A DNA stretch of 64,000 nt from Antedon mediterranea. Taxonomy: Eukaryota > Animalia > Echinodermata. Positions 1 to 11,059 of the stretch are shown in pieces. The DNA is taken from positions 22,554,795 through 22,618,794 of the forward strand of contig NC_092670.1 of assembly GCF_964355755.1 (NCBI RefSeq). The letters run 5' to 3'. The notes under the pieces are model-generated. The model had not been told where the DNA came from. It was given only the letters and a program-made list of their open reading frames with translations, and did no database searches. The translations under genes were made by a program, and so were the position numbers. The first letter of the stretch is position 1; each line of letters opens with the position of its first letter.

Positions 1-3000
1 TACAACTACGAAGTTACTTTTTTCACCGGTGTACGAATGGGGTCAGGTACAACAGCAAATGTGTTTTTTATTTTGAACGGTGAACAAGGTCAAACAGAGA
101 TTCGAGCTGTCAAAGATAAAAAGCGTTTGATACTCCAACGAAGCAGCATAGATTCCTTTGTAATGGCAGTGCCTCGTAGTCTTGGAACTCTGGTACATCT
201 TCGAATATGGCATGATAATTCCGGGAACGCTAAGTGGTTTTTGAGCCGCGTACTTATTAAAGATTTGCAGACGAATCGGAGTTATTACTTTATGATTGAT
301 AGATGGTTCTCGTTAGAACACGATGACATGCAAGTGAGTTATTACCATACGGTGTTACAACATAAGTACATGAAATCATAAATTTATTATTTATAATCAA
401 ATTTATTTTTATGTCTATTTTAGATTGAACGAGTTATCCCAACAGCTGGTATAAGCGAAATCACCAGTTTTGGCCATTTATTCTATAGTAAAACTCGACG
501 AAATTTAAGCGACGCTCATCTCTGGTTGTCTGTCTTCTTTCGCCCGGCAAGGAGCACATTCACTCGGTGTCAAAGAGCAACTTGCTGTCTTTCTCTTTTA
601 TTCTGCACGATGATGGCAAACATTCTTATGTACCAAACTGATGAAGATCCTGATGCAGCACAGTCAGGAACGTTTGCAATCGGATCTTTTAAAATATCTG
701 TCATGGAGATTACAATCGGAGTCATTAGTAGCCTTATGGTATTTCCTGTCAACATTGCTATTGTGCAGTTATTCCGGTTATCACGTCCAATTTCATTCAA
801 TCGCAAATGTCATAGGCATAAAAAAATGAAGAGCATGTACGTTGAGAACAATAAAACCAAGGTAGAGCAAGAAATATCGCCTGAAAAAGCACCTGACAAT
901 GGCATGAGTGGTCAAGATCCGAAGCTTACAAGTGTCGTGATTACCATAAATGAAGGCAAAAAGACCAATAAGTCAAAGAAGAGAAAACCATTGCCTTGGT
1001 GGTGTTTGTATGTTGGTTGGGTTTTATCTTTCATTACTATTGGGATTGCAATGTGGTTGACAATTGGAGTGGCAGCAAACTTTGGAGCTGAGAAAGCAGA
1101 GCAGTGGCTGATGTCAATATGTGTATCACTTACTCAAGATATTCTGGTTTCACAGCCAATTAAGGTAAATTGATTTAGGAGTTATAAGAATTCTCCTGTC
1201 TAGTAGCAGTAAAGGAGGAGGCTTCATCCCTCAAAACTATGACAGAACCCTATTCAGGAGACACATCTATTATCCTTGAAATGATTGAGGGGAATGACAG
1301 TAGAGTCCTACTTTAGGACACCCTATTCAGGACACTTTTCTGTTGATTTTTTAACACCTATTAAGGGACATCCTATTCAGGATACACCTCTATTCTAAAG
1401 TGTTCTCTGAAACAAAAAAAGGGGAATTGCAGCAGAGCCCAGCTTCTAAAAGAATTTGTTGTGTCTAGGGTGGTTGCAATATAGAGGTTCTACTGTAAGT
1501 AACACACAACCCAGCTCTTCACTGCAGCTTCTGATCAATAGACAGGTGGACCAATTTTAATGTGGTAAATTATTATTATTTTTTTTTTTTTTTAAACTAG
1601 TTTTACCTTTTATACATAATGTATTTATATATTTTTATCAAATTTTGTAAAATACTACTTTTCAGCCTTTTGGCTGCCGTTGTATTTTGATGTCTTTTTA
1701 TGAATAAATATACCTAAATGAATAGATTACTACTTGAACTTTTTATTCTAGTAATTATTTGTCTTTTCATAAAATTCAGGTAATATTTCTGGCGACTTTC
1801 TATTCACTTGTGATCAAAAGTCCAGATAAAGATGAAGATGGCCCATCACCAGAGCTAAAGACAGATGAGGAATGGCTGCATGAACAGAAGCAGGACGGCA
1901 AAGGAGACAAGAAAGTTATAAATGACAGTGATGAAGCATTAAATAATGCATTACCGCCTGACTCTGATGAGATTGAAGAGTTGAAAAAAGAAAGGTAACT
2001 AAATTCATTATTTAGTTATAGTCCAGGGGACTAGAATTTGTACACTTTTATTTTGTTTGTTTTTTCATTTCAATACTTTGATTTTTTAGGATAATTTATT
2101 TTCATGTTTGTTTTACATCTTGCTCGTAAGATTTTGCTGTTAGCTGGGTCATCCTTAATAACTAATTTATATTTGTATTACAATATTTCACCATAGCTAA
2201 TTGAACTTGACATAGACACTTATCCAGTTTACATTACTGTATATTACTGTGATTTTTCGTCTCAATTTACAGACAAAAAGACATTCAGATGAGTAAAATT
2301 CTGAAAGAGATTGTTACATACCTGTTATTCCTCATCATTATGATTATAATTACTTTTGGTAATATTGGGAGCGGTGTCAATGGTTTACAGAGGTCGATGA
2401 CGGCCAGCTATATCAATGCGGACTACAATGGCAAAAAGCCATTTTATAAGGTATACCTTTATTAATACAATGAACATAATACACAATCATCGTATTCTTA
2501 AAAGTACAGATGAGATACATGCTGAGAGAAAAAGTAAGAAATAATATTTGCATTATATTAGGATTCTACACAAGAAATTAATTCTTGTCTTGTGAAAAAA
2601 ACACAAACAAGTAAGGAGAAAATTAAAATAAACAATAAGCTGTACATCCTGCAAGGCTATGTAATAGATAGAAATAATAGCAGCATCAATTAAAATGTTT
2701 ATACTAGTAATAAAAAAATAACGTCATTACTTTATTCTTAGATTTATTCCCGGGAATATTTTTGGGATTACATGGATGAGGTGTTTGTACCAACACTGTA
2801 TTCCAGGGTGGGCTTTAATGGAACAAGAAATGAAATAAATGAAATCGAACAACTTGCTGCTGATAGGACATCGTCTTTATTAAGCACAGCTAGGCTACGA
2901 CAGGTCAGAGTTCAAGAAGGTTTGTAATAGAATTCAATATAACAAAGTACTATAAGAATTTATATAACACCTATATAAATTCCTGTCATTTGATTGGACG

Positions 3001-6000
3001 AATGTGGGTCACATGGCGTGCAATAGTACGCACTATTCAACGATCGTTAAATAGTACTTTTTGAAACATTTTTGTGTACGAAAAAAAAAACGTCTCGCGG
3101 ATGAAAAAAAATCTAGTACACAAATTATCCTATATGATATGGCTATGTACTGTGAAATACAACAGCGCCACCTGTCGTCTGGTCTCAGTTTCATTTGTAA
3201 ACACCACCGCGAGATATGCAACAGCAGCAGATATTTGTGTACGATTTGGACATTATGTACTAATTTCATTCAAAAAGGCATTTAAATTAGCTTTAGATCG
3301 TTTTTAGGATTTTGATTAATTAATGGGGACATCCCTACAAGACGTGGAATTGTTGGAAAAACCATAATTAGCTTAGATAAGTTCCAATTGTCTGTCGAAG
3401 TTTTGCCTTTCAGCCAAGCTAGTACTAGCCTAGGCTACTAGACCTAGCCTAGGCCATGCTAGTATTTAGGCTAGGCCTAGCCTAGGCGTTTTAGCCTTGC
3501 TAGGCCTAGGATTGTTTGGTCGTTTGTTGACATAATTAACACAAAAGTAGGTGTGTTTACGAAATCCATATAAATATAACATTTAATATAACATTATTAA
3601 AAACCAAATGTTACTGTTTTTAATCAATGTGTGTGAATGAAATGTAGTAAGCTTTGGCTAGGGTAGGGCTACCTTTTATTTGATTCAAATAACTAGAATT
3701 TATTTAGATGTTATATAAAACAAATAATGAATGTTTTGTATTCGTGTAATGGTACAAATAATGGCACTTGGTGAATGATGAAAGTTTATATCAACTCGGC
3801 TTTGCCTCGTTGATATAACCTTTCATCATTCACCTCGTGCCATTATTTGTACCATTACACTCATAAACATTCATTATTTGTATAATATGCCATTTGTTGG
3901 TGGTAGGGTGATTTTCCTTTGCAATGACCTAGGAACTAGTTATGTCATTTTAATTCATGTGCTTCCTCATTTGATTCCTTGATACAACATGCATAGGTTC
4001 TGAAGTTAGTCTACACTACACTTTATGTGACAAAAAAAATTTGCTATGCCCATATATGGACACAGTTATGTCATATCTGGACACGGTGATGTCATACTAC
4101 CATATTTCGACACATCACATTATATACGGCCATACTGCGTTGAAACACCGGTTCTCATCAGATCACCGAAGTTAAGCAACGTTGGGCCCGGTTGCGTTCT
4201 GGATGGGAGACCGTCCAGAAATCGGGGCGGGTGCTGTATATACTGGAGAGTAATGGTAATATCGGACTCGCATGTGATAGGCATGGGTTCGAGGTTATCT
4301 GTACCATACTAATTGCATCCTTAGGCAAGATGCTTTACTCTCATTGCCTCATCCTTCGGATGGGATGTAAAGCCGTTGGTCCCGTGTACTTAACAGTGCA
4401 CGTTAAAGAACTTGGTACACTATTCAAAAAGAGTAGGGGATCGTCTCCCGGTGTGCTGACATGGTAGGCGCTGCACTGCTGGCTGCCGTGGGTCCGTGGA
4501 GGGCCTAATCCGAATTTCCTCAGTTTCCAGTTAAGCTTGAGGACAAATATATATAAAATAAAATTAAAATATAAAAATCACACTTTTTTGTCAAACTAGT
4601 TTGATAGTACTGTATAGACAGAGCTTAAGTTGTTGCAATAACAAATAAAGCATTATAGACACAGGTAAGTTGTCCCAAATCAAAGGTTTCCTATTATCAT
4701 GGTCAGTTTGTTCTGTTTAAGATCCTTTAATTACAATTTTTAGATTACTGTGATGTACCAAATGAATTTGAGACACTTGGTATAACATGTAAACCAGCGT
4801 ACAGCTTTGGAGCTGAAGAAGACAGACACTTTACAGAGAATTGGATTTTGCTGAATCAAACTGGTGATTGTTTAATAATAATAATATATTAATAATCATA
4901 ATGTTAACCTAAAATGAAAAATATTATACTCTGTTAAAATAAATCCTAGATGCCAGTGATACTGTATGTATATTTAATAAGCACTCTATTTTAAATAATT
5001 TCCCTGCTTGAATGTCAGTTAGAATGTATCTGAACTTATGGCCCCTTGATCATCTTTCAATATAATGTGTCCTGATGTAATTTTAGCTCAATGCCAAAGG
5101 TCAATCATAGCATTTATAATGTACTTACTAATATTTTTTTGTTTCCAAACAGAAGGCAGCTGAAAAAACGAATATATTTATTATTTTATCTTTAAGGCCC
5201 TACAGTAAAAAATGATTATGAAAATCTGTGGAAATACAAAACTTGGTACGAATTGGATAACTTGCCACTTTGGGGAGTATATGGCATTTACGGAGGCGGA
5301 GGATACATTGCAGACCTTGGTGACACGGATGAAGCAGCCTGGAAAACAACCAAATACCTGCGTGAATCAAAATGGGTTGACCAGCATACACGAGCCGTCT
5401 TTATTGAATTTTCTGTGTATAATCCAGCAACAAATTTATTTGGAGTATCGAACATGGTTGTTGAATTCCCTCCAACAGGAGGTAAATACATGTTTTATAT
5501 TAGTTTTAAAAGAATCTTCTTGTGAGAGACCTCTTCATTACAAGACTTTTCTTCCAAAAATCCCAGTACAGGGACATGATTACAGTAACACACCTGGAGA
5601 TGGTCTCCTCTCTGTGAAAATAGTGTCCCATTTTTTGTGTTTTTGCACAATGTATGTAAACCAGACCAACAACTTTATTGCCCAAGTAAAGATACAAACA
5701 ATATTGCATAGACGGATCTCGGACCCATGCTTCTAATATGCTAGTCCAACATCCCATACCATTATGCCATACCTCTAACAACATTTACATTGTGAAGTGT
5801 TGAATGATGGAGTGAAACAAAGCTGTTTTCTTTACAGGGGCTGTGACATTTTACTCGTTTCAAGGTGTATTCCTTGATCGCTACATTGGAGGTCTAGGCC
5901 TATTCATCAACTTATGCGAGGTGGTCTTCAGCTTTTTCATACTGCTGTTCCTAGTTAGAGAATACTCCAACATCAAGCAAGAAAGAAAAGCATATTTTAA

Positions 6001-9000
6001 GAAATTTTCCAATCTTATTGAGTTCGCCGTGTTGTTGTTGTCTATTCTAGCTTTGATAGCATATATAAATCGCTACATTTTTGGTAAACGGTTGAAGACT
6101 TTAAGAGAAGACGATATCAAACAATATTTGAATTTTCAGCATTTTGCAATTTGGGAACAGGTTAGTAAAATAAGTTAATTTGATTTATTTTGATACCATA
6201 CAGAAACAAAAACGTTGTTAATGCACTAGTCACATTACATATTGCATTATCATTATTATTATAAATAAATATTTTCACATTTAACATTTTTTCAGATGTA
6301 TTACTACATTCTTGGATTCATTCTATTCATCTCTACTGCTAAGTTTCTCAAATTACTGCGGTTTAATCGCCGTATGCTCTTGTTGTCCAACACTATTAGT
6401 TGTTGCTGGTTGGAACTTCTTCTTTTCCTGATGGTGTTTCTCATCATATTTGCTGCGTACGCATCGTGTGGGTACCTACTTTTCGGCTCAACATTGAAAG
6501 ACTACTCGAGCTACTTAACAACGCTGGAGTCACTCTTTGCAACACTTCTTGGTAACCATAGTTTGATTATAATATGAAATTTCTGATAAGAAAATTACAA
6601 ACACAACTCTTTAATCAAAGAATGCTAATATTAAGTTTTATACGTATTTACAATTTTTTACATATATTATTAATATCATGATGATATATATGGCTTTCTT
6701 TGTAACACCCAATTAGTCTGTTGTTGCTTCGATGTTATTATCATATTTTATTTGTGACAAACTAATAAAATCACTCATCAATATTTTTCTTTCACTTAAC
6801 ACATAATAATACTGCTAAGTACCACCTAAATCAATAGAGGATATAGCAATGTTTTATTCATATCAAATTGTTGTTAATAAAAGATCATAATAAAGCTACT
6901 CTGTAAATCCAACTTAAATCAATAGTGTATTACATAAAAGTATATTTCTACAGTACATATAATTTATGAAGTTCCAACTTCATCCCCCACCTCCCCCACC
7001 ATTGCTATGAACAGTGTGCTGTTTTTTTTCAATGAAATGAATGAATCGTACCCGGGTCAGTGGTATGATTCCAGGCTATTTTAGGGTATCATGTACTTAA
7101 CATTCAATACATTATTACTTCATGTTAATATACTGCCATAAATACTGGTGTTACAGTAGAACTCCTATTAACCTACCCTTGAATAGGGGTAGGCTGTAGT
7201 GTTATATTGACCTCATTCAAGAGACACCTTCCCTTGAATAGGGGTAGGCTAGGTAGTGTTATATTGACCTCATTCAAGAGACACCTTCCCTTGAATAGGG
7301 GTAGGCTGTAGTGTTATATTGACCTCATTCAAGAGACACCTTCCCTTGAATAGGGGTAGGCTGTAGTGTTATATTGACCTCATTCAAGAGACACCTTCCC
7401 TTGAATAGGGGTAGGCTGTAGTGTTATATTGACCTTATTCAAGAGACACCTTCCCTTGAATAGGGGTAGGCTGTAGTGTTATATTGACCTCATTCAAGAG
7501 ACACCTTCCCTTGAATAGGGGTAGGCTGTAGTGTTATATTGACCTCATTCAAGAGACACCTTCCCTTGAATAGGGGTAGGCTGTAGTGTTATATTGACCT
7601 CATTCAAGAGACACCTTCCCTTGAATAGGGGTAGGCTAGGTAGTGTTATATTGACCTCATTCAAGAGACACCTTCCCTTGAATAGGGGTAGGCTGTAGTG
7701 TTATATTGACCTCATTCAAGAGACACCTTCCCTTGAATAGGGGTAGGCTGTAGTGTTATATTGACCTCATTCAAGAGACACCTTCCCTTGAATAGGGGTA
7801 GGCTGTAGTGTTATATTGACCTTATTCAAGAGACACCTTCCCTTGAATAGGGGTAGGCTGTAGTGTTATATTGACCTCATTCAAGAGACACCTTCCCTTG
7901 AATAGGGGTAGGCTGTAGTGTTATATTGACCTCATTCAAGAGACACCTTCCCTTGAATAGGGGTAGGCTGTAGTGTTATATTGACCTCATTCAAGAGACA
8001 CCTTCCCTTGAATAGGGGTAGGCTGTAGTGTTATATTGACCTCATTCAAGAGACACCTTCCCTTGAATAGGGGTAGGCTGTAGTGTTATATTGACCTCAT
8101 TCAAGAGACACCTTCCCTTGAATAGGGGTAGGCTGTAGTGTTATATTGACCTCATTCAAGAGACACCTTCCCTTGAATAGGGGTAGGCTGTAGTGTTATA
8201 TTGACCTCATTCAAGAGACACCTTCCCTTGAATAGGGGTAGGCTGTAGTGTTATATTGACCTCATTCAAGAGACACCTTCCCTTGAATAGGGGTAGGCTG
8301 TAGTGTTATATTGACCTCATTCAAGAGACACCTTCCCTTGAATAGGGGTAGGCTGTAGTGTTATATTGACCTCATTCAAGAGACACCTTCCCTTGAATAG
8401 GGGTAGGCTGTAGTGTTATATTGACCTTATTCAAGAGACACCTTCCCTTAACTAGGGCTGTCTGTCTGTCAAAAGAAGGGTTCTAGTTATTGAAATAAAA
8501 CTCTTGTTTTTTATAGGTAAATTTGATTTTCTGTCAATGCAAGAAGAAAATCGTGTTTTGGGAGCATTATTCTTTTTCTCTTTCATGATGACCATTGTCT
8601 TTATTTTGATGAACATGTTCTTGACGATAATAAACGAGGCTTTTTCACAAACAAGAGCTGATAATGAGAGGCTGAATAATGAATTGGAGATGTTGGATTT
8701 TATGATTAATCGTTTCAAAGTTTGGACAGGTTTTAAAGAAAAACGAGCGAGGGTACGGAGGAGGTACACTTACATTGAAGGTAGGTTTTATGAATTACTT
8801 ATATTTTTTTATTAGGTTTATGAAGAGTAAGCCTTATGGTTTGAATTTATTTTCCCATTAGCAACATATCTACTTATTTTAATTACCGTATTGGGGACAC
8901 CTCCGTGACCCAAAAAAATGTCCCCTTAATAGTTATTGTTGGTAGTAATAAATTAAACATACAAAGAAGGGAGTAGAACCCCTGTTGACAACTTTGTGAC

Positions 9001-9414
9001 CCAAGAAAGTGTTCCAAAGGTCCAACTTAATTTGTTGAAAGTTTATTATAACTTTTACTTTATCGTTTTTTTTAGCTTTTTGCTTATTTTATTTTGTGCC
9101 TCCATTGAGATCCAGCCATTGTCATTTTTCAGTAATTTTCTTTACATTTATAAGAATAGAAATGATTACAATTATTATTTTCTTATTAGCCTCTTCACAT
9201 TTTTTCAGTGTTATTGCATAACATTTGAGAGTCTCTCTTTAATATAATACTAGCTATTCTGTTACTAGGTGTTGAACCAATACAGTCTGACTGTGACACT
9301 ATGCAGCAGAAGTTGAACGAAATGGTTGAAAAACTTAATGAGTTTATTCGACTTGAAAAATATTACGAACTTGGAATTATGAAGAGTGGAAGTCGCAAGA
9401 TTTACACCTGCTAG
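1..9414 (+). CDS. Polycystin-1-like (PKD1/PKD1L/REJ family) protein, paralog A, 5'-partial: PLAT domain, TM segments, TOP domain, TRP-like channel, short C-terminal coiled coil
   Basis: GT-AG exons in consistent phase: 1-333, 424-1164, 1780-1994, 2273-2450, 2742-2919, 4744-4863, 5197-5481, 5838-6160, 6296-6551, 8517-8780, 9269-9414 (3039 nt, ends TAG, ...RKIYTC*). Motifs: PLAT 'LRIWHDNSG..KWFLSRV', 'HLWLSVFFRP..STFTRCQR', 'ARLRQVRV', TOP 'YGGGGY...WVDQHTRAVFIEFSVYNP', channel 'KFLKLLRFN', 'ILMNMFLTIINEAF'. Confidence 0.93.
1240..1497. mobile_element. Degenerate Tc1/mariner-like MITE (CAGTAGA...TCTACTG-TA termini, repeated CCTATTCAGG..ACAC motifs)
   Basis: Right end 'atagaggttctactgta' at 1481-1497; left-end-like 'cagtagagtccta' near 1298; several 'cctattcagg(a)gacac' motifs. 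Related fragments at ~16192-16272, ~44180-44260 and ~61720-61805. Confidence 0.55.
2961..3881. mobile_element. Non-autonomous DNA element with asymmetric inverted repeats and a long terminal hairpin (Crypton- or Helentron-like)
   Basis: 2961-2982 (tatataacacctatataaattc) is the reverse complement (2 mismatches) of subterminal 3696-3717; 3720-3881 folds into a hairpin with ~75-bp arms around 'ggc-ttt-gcc'. The superfamily is an inference. Confidence 0.6.
4003..4625. mobile_element. Harbinger/Tourist-like MITE copy split by a SINE insertion
   Basis: Left part 'gtctacacta...tatgtgacaaaa...gcccatatatggac' (4003-4119) and right part 'atcacacttttttgtcaaactagtttgatag...agacagagct' (4577-4625) match uninterrupted copies at 34166-34305 and 42698-42841. 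Confidence 0.8.
4120..4576 (+). mobile_element. 5S rRNA-derived SINE (SINE3) with tRNA-like segment, Deu/Nin-like core and A-rich tail
   Basis: 4123-4240 aligns with 5S rRNA (tacggccatac...gatcaccgaagttaagc...ggatgggagaccg...gggtgctgta). 4241-4305 has tRNA-like 'tggtaa...gggttcga'. 4347-4460 resembles the Deu core. A-rich tail 4546-4576. Flanked by ATCACA at 4114-4119 and 4577-4582. Confidence 0.8.
7176..8444. repeat. Intronic minisatellite, 55-bp unit x ~23
   Basis: Unit cccttgaataggggtaggctgtagtgttatattgacctcattcaagagacacctt; near-identical copies with no spacers; length 1269 = 23x55 + two 2-bp insertions. Confidence 0.97.
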
Positions 9415-10929
9415 TGGAGCATCAAATGTTGTATTTATAAACATTATGTTGGAACAATTTATAAAACACCTTAATACCAGGATTACGCCTGCAACAACAA
9501 TGTTTAAAAACATAACTTAATTAACACTTATATAGCACATTTTTAAAAGTAATTTTTTAACATTACTGTTTCAAGACTTGTTACTGTTGGTGAACTATGT
9601 ATTGTCTTAGTAAGGTTTTTAAATCATGTTACTTTAACATGTAACATTTTATTATAAAAATAGATAATACATAATATGGCTTATGAATGTTTAGAAGTGT
9701 TTGTCATTGATCTTGTTGTGTATACATGGTATTATTATATATCCCATTGTTGTCATAATAATTAACAAACTATATTTATTATTATTATTATTGTTTAAAA
9801 AAACTTGTATTGATTATTACTGACAAATCAATAACTACACAAGGTAGTTGCACAGTGTAGTGAATTTTATAGTTGGTTCCGAGCGTATGCTTTCTCTGGC
9901 GTATTAAATCCACGAGACCGTACACTGACTGCCAAAATGATTCTACATACAAAAAGTATACTATATTCAACTAAAACTTTTATTTCTGGTAACTCAGTAT
10001 TAATACAACTTTCTACCAGTCTAGACCTTTCTTCTCTATACTCTATACGTCTTTCTACTATCATGTTATTTTCTCTTCTTTTCAATATCTATAACATTTC
10101 CCTTATATACTCAACATGCAAATAAGGGACTTCAGAGGAGGATAATAATTGTTCCCTTCAAAAGTTTCCCTCCAAAATAGTACCATATGATTGACTCATA
10201 AATTAAGCAGACCTAGTCTGAAGCATCCTTTATCTAACCATAGAAAATCAGATACATAATATTATGACACGCAGTATTATTGCATTGACCTAATATTTAA
10301 AAAGGTTTCGCTGCATTTTAAGTTATACTGCAAACAAAAAGTTTTACACTACAATAATTTATTTGTTTTGACACCAAACTCTTATATACTTCATGCATCA
10401 AACAATTTCAACTTTAAAAAGGCTTATTAGTTCTAAGTCTCTCTAAGATTGTGGAGCAACTATTCCAGAATTAACATTGTTAGTTTATATTGTTTTGTGT
10501 TTTTAAGTAATTGTTGATCATAGGTTAGGTCTACCAATGATTCGATATTCAATAAAAAAAAATTTTTATAAAAAAGATCAATATCGTAATTTTTGCAAAA
10601 CATCCACGTAAATCAATAAAGTTGATGCATATAAATTGACGTATTCTCTCATTTTGAGATAATGAAAATTCAACTTATTGTTCTATAAATTCTAAAAGCA
10701 CGATTCTTGAATATTTTTTATAGTATAAAACATCCTCTTTTTAATTACATACTTAAAACGAACGTAGTTTATGTCGTCGCATATTATATATTGAATTAGC
10801 ATGTATAACCGTTCAATATTATACTGAATAAATTAGCAGCAGTAAGAATATTTTCACGAGTTAAACAGATCGTTGTGTCTTGTCAAACAATAGTTTTATT
10901 TCACTAATAACTTTAGTGACGGCATGTCA

Positions 10930-10970
10930 TATTTGATTGGTCAATCAATTACGTTTGCGCATGTGCTTAT
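10930..10970 (+). promoter_or_regulatory. Putative proximal promoter of polycystin paralog B
   Basis: Inverted CCAAT box (tgattgg, 10934-10940) and NRF1-like tgcgcatgtgc (10956-10966) about 100 bp upstream of the predicted ATG at 11060. Confidence 0.35.
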
Positions 10971-11059
10971 ATTCTTATAGAGTAACAGAACATTGAAATA
11001 TAAAACATTATGTGTCGCTCCTTGTTTCATCAACATGACGCTCAAGAATAACTTGTAAA

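Noticed and set aside
4123-4240. Functional 5S rRNA gene
   Set aside because: Diverged internal control region, no oligo-T terminator, and it continues into a SINE body with a tail and TSD.
7176-8444. CRISPR-like array (regular repeats with an internal palindrome)
   Set aside because: Units are contiguous and identical with no unique spacers, there are no cas genes, and the context is a eukaryotic intron.
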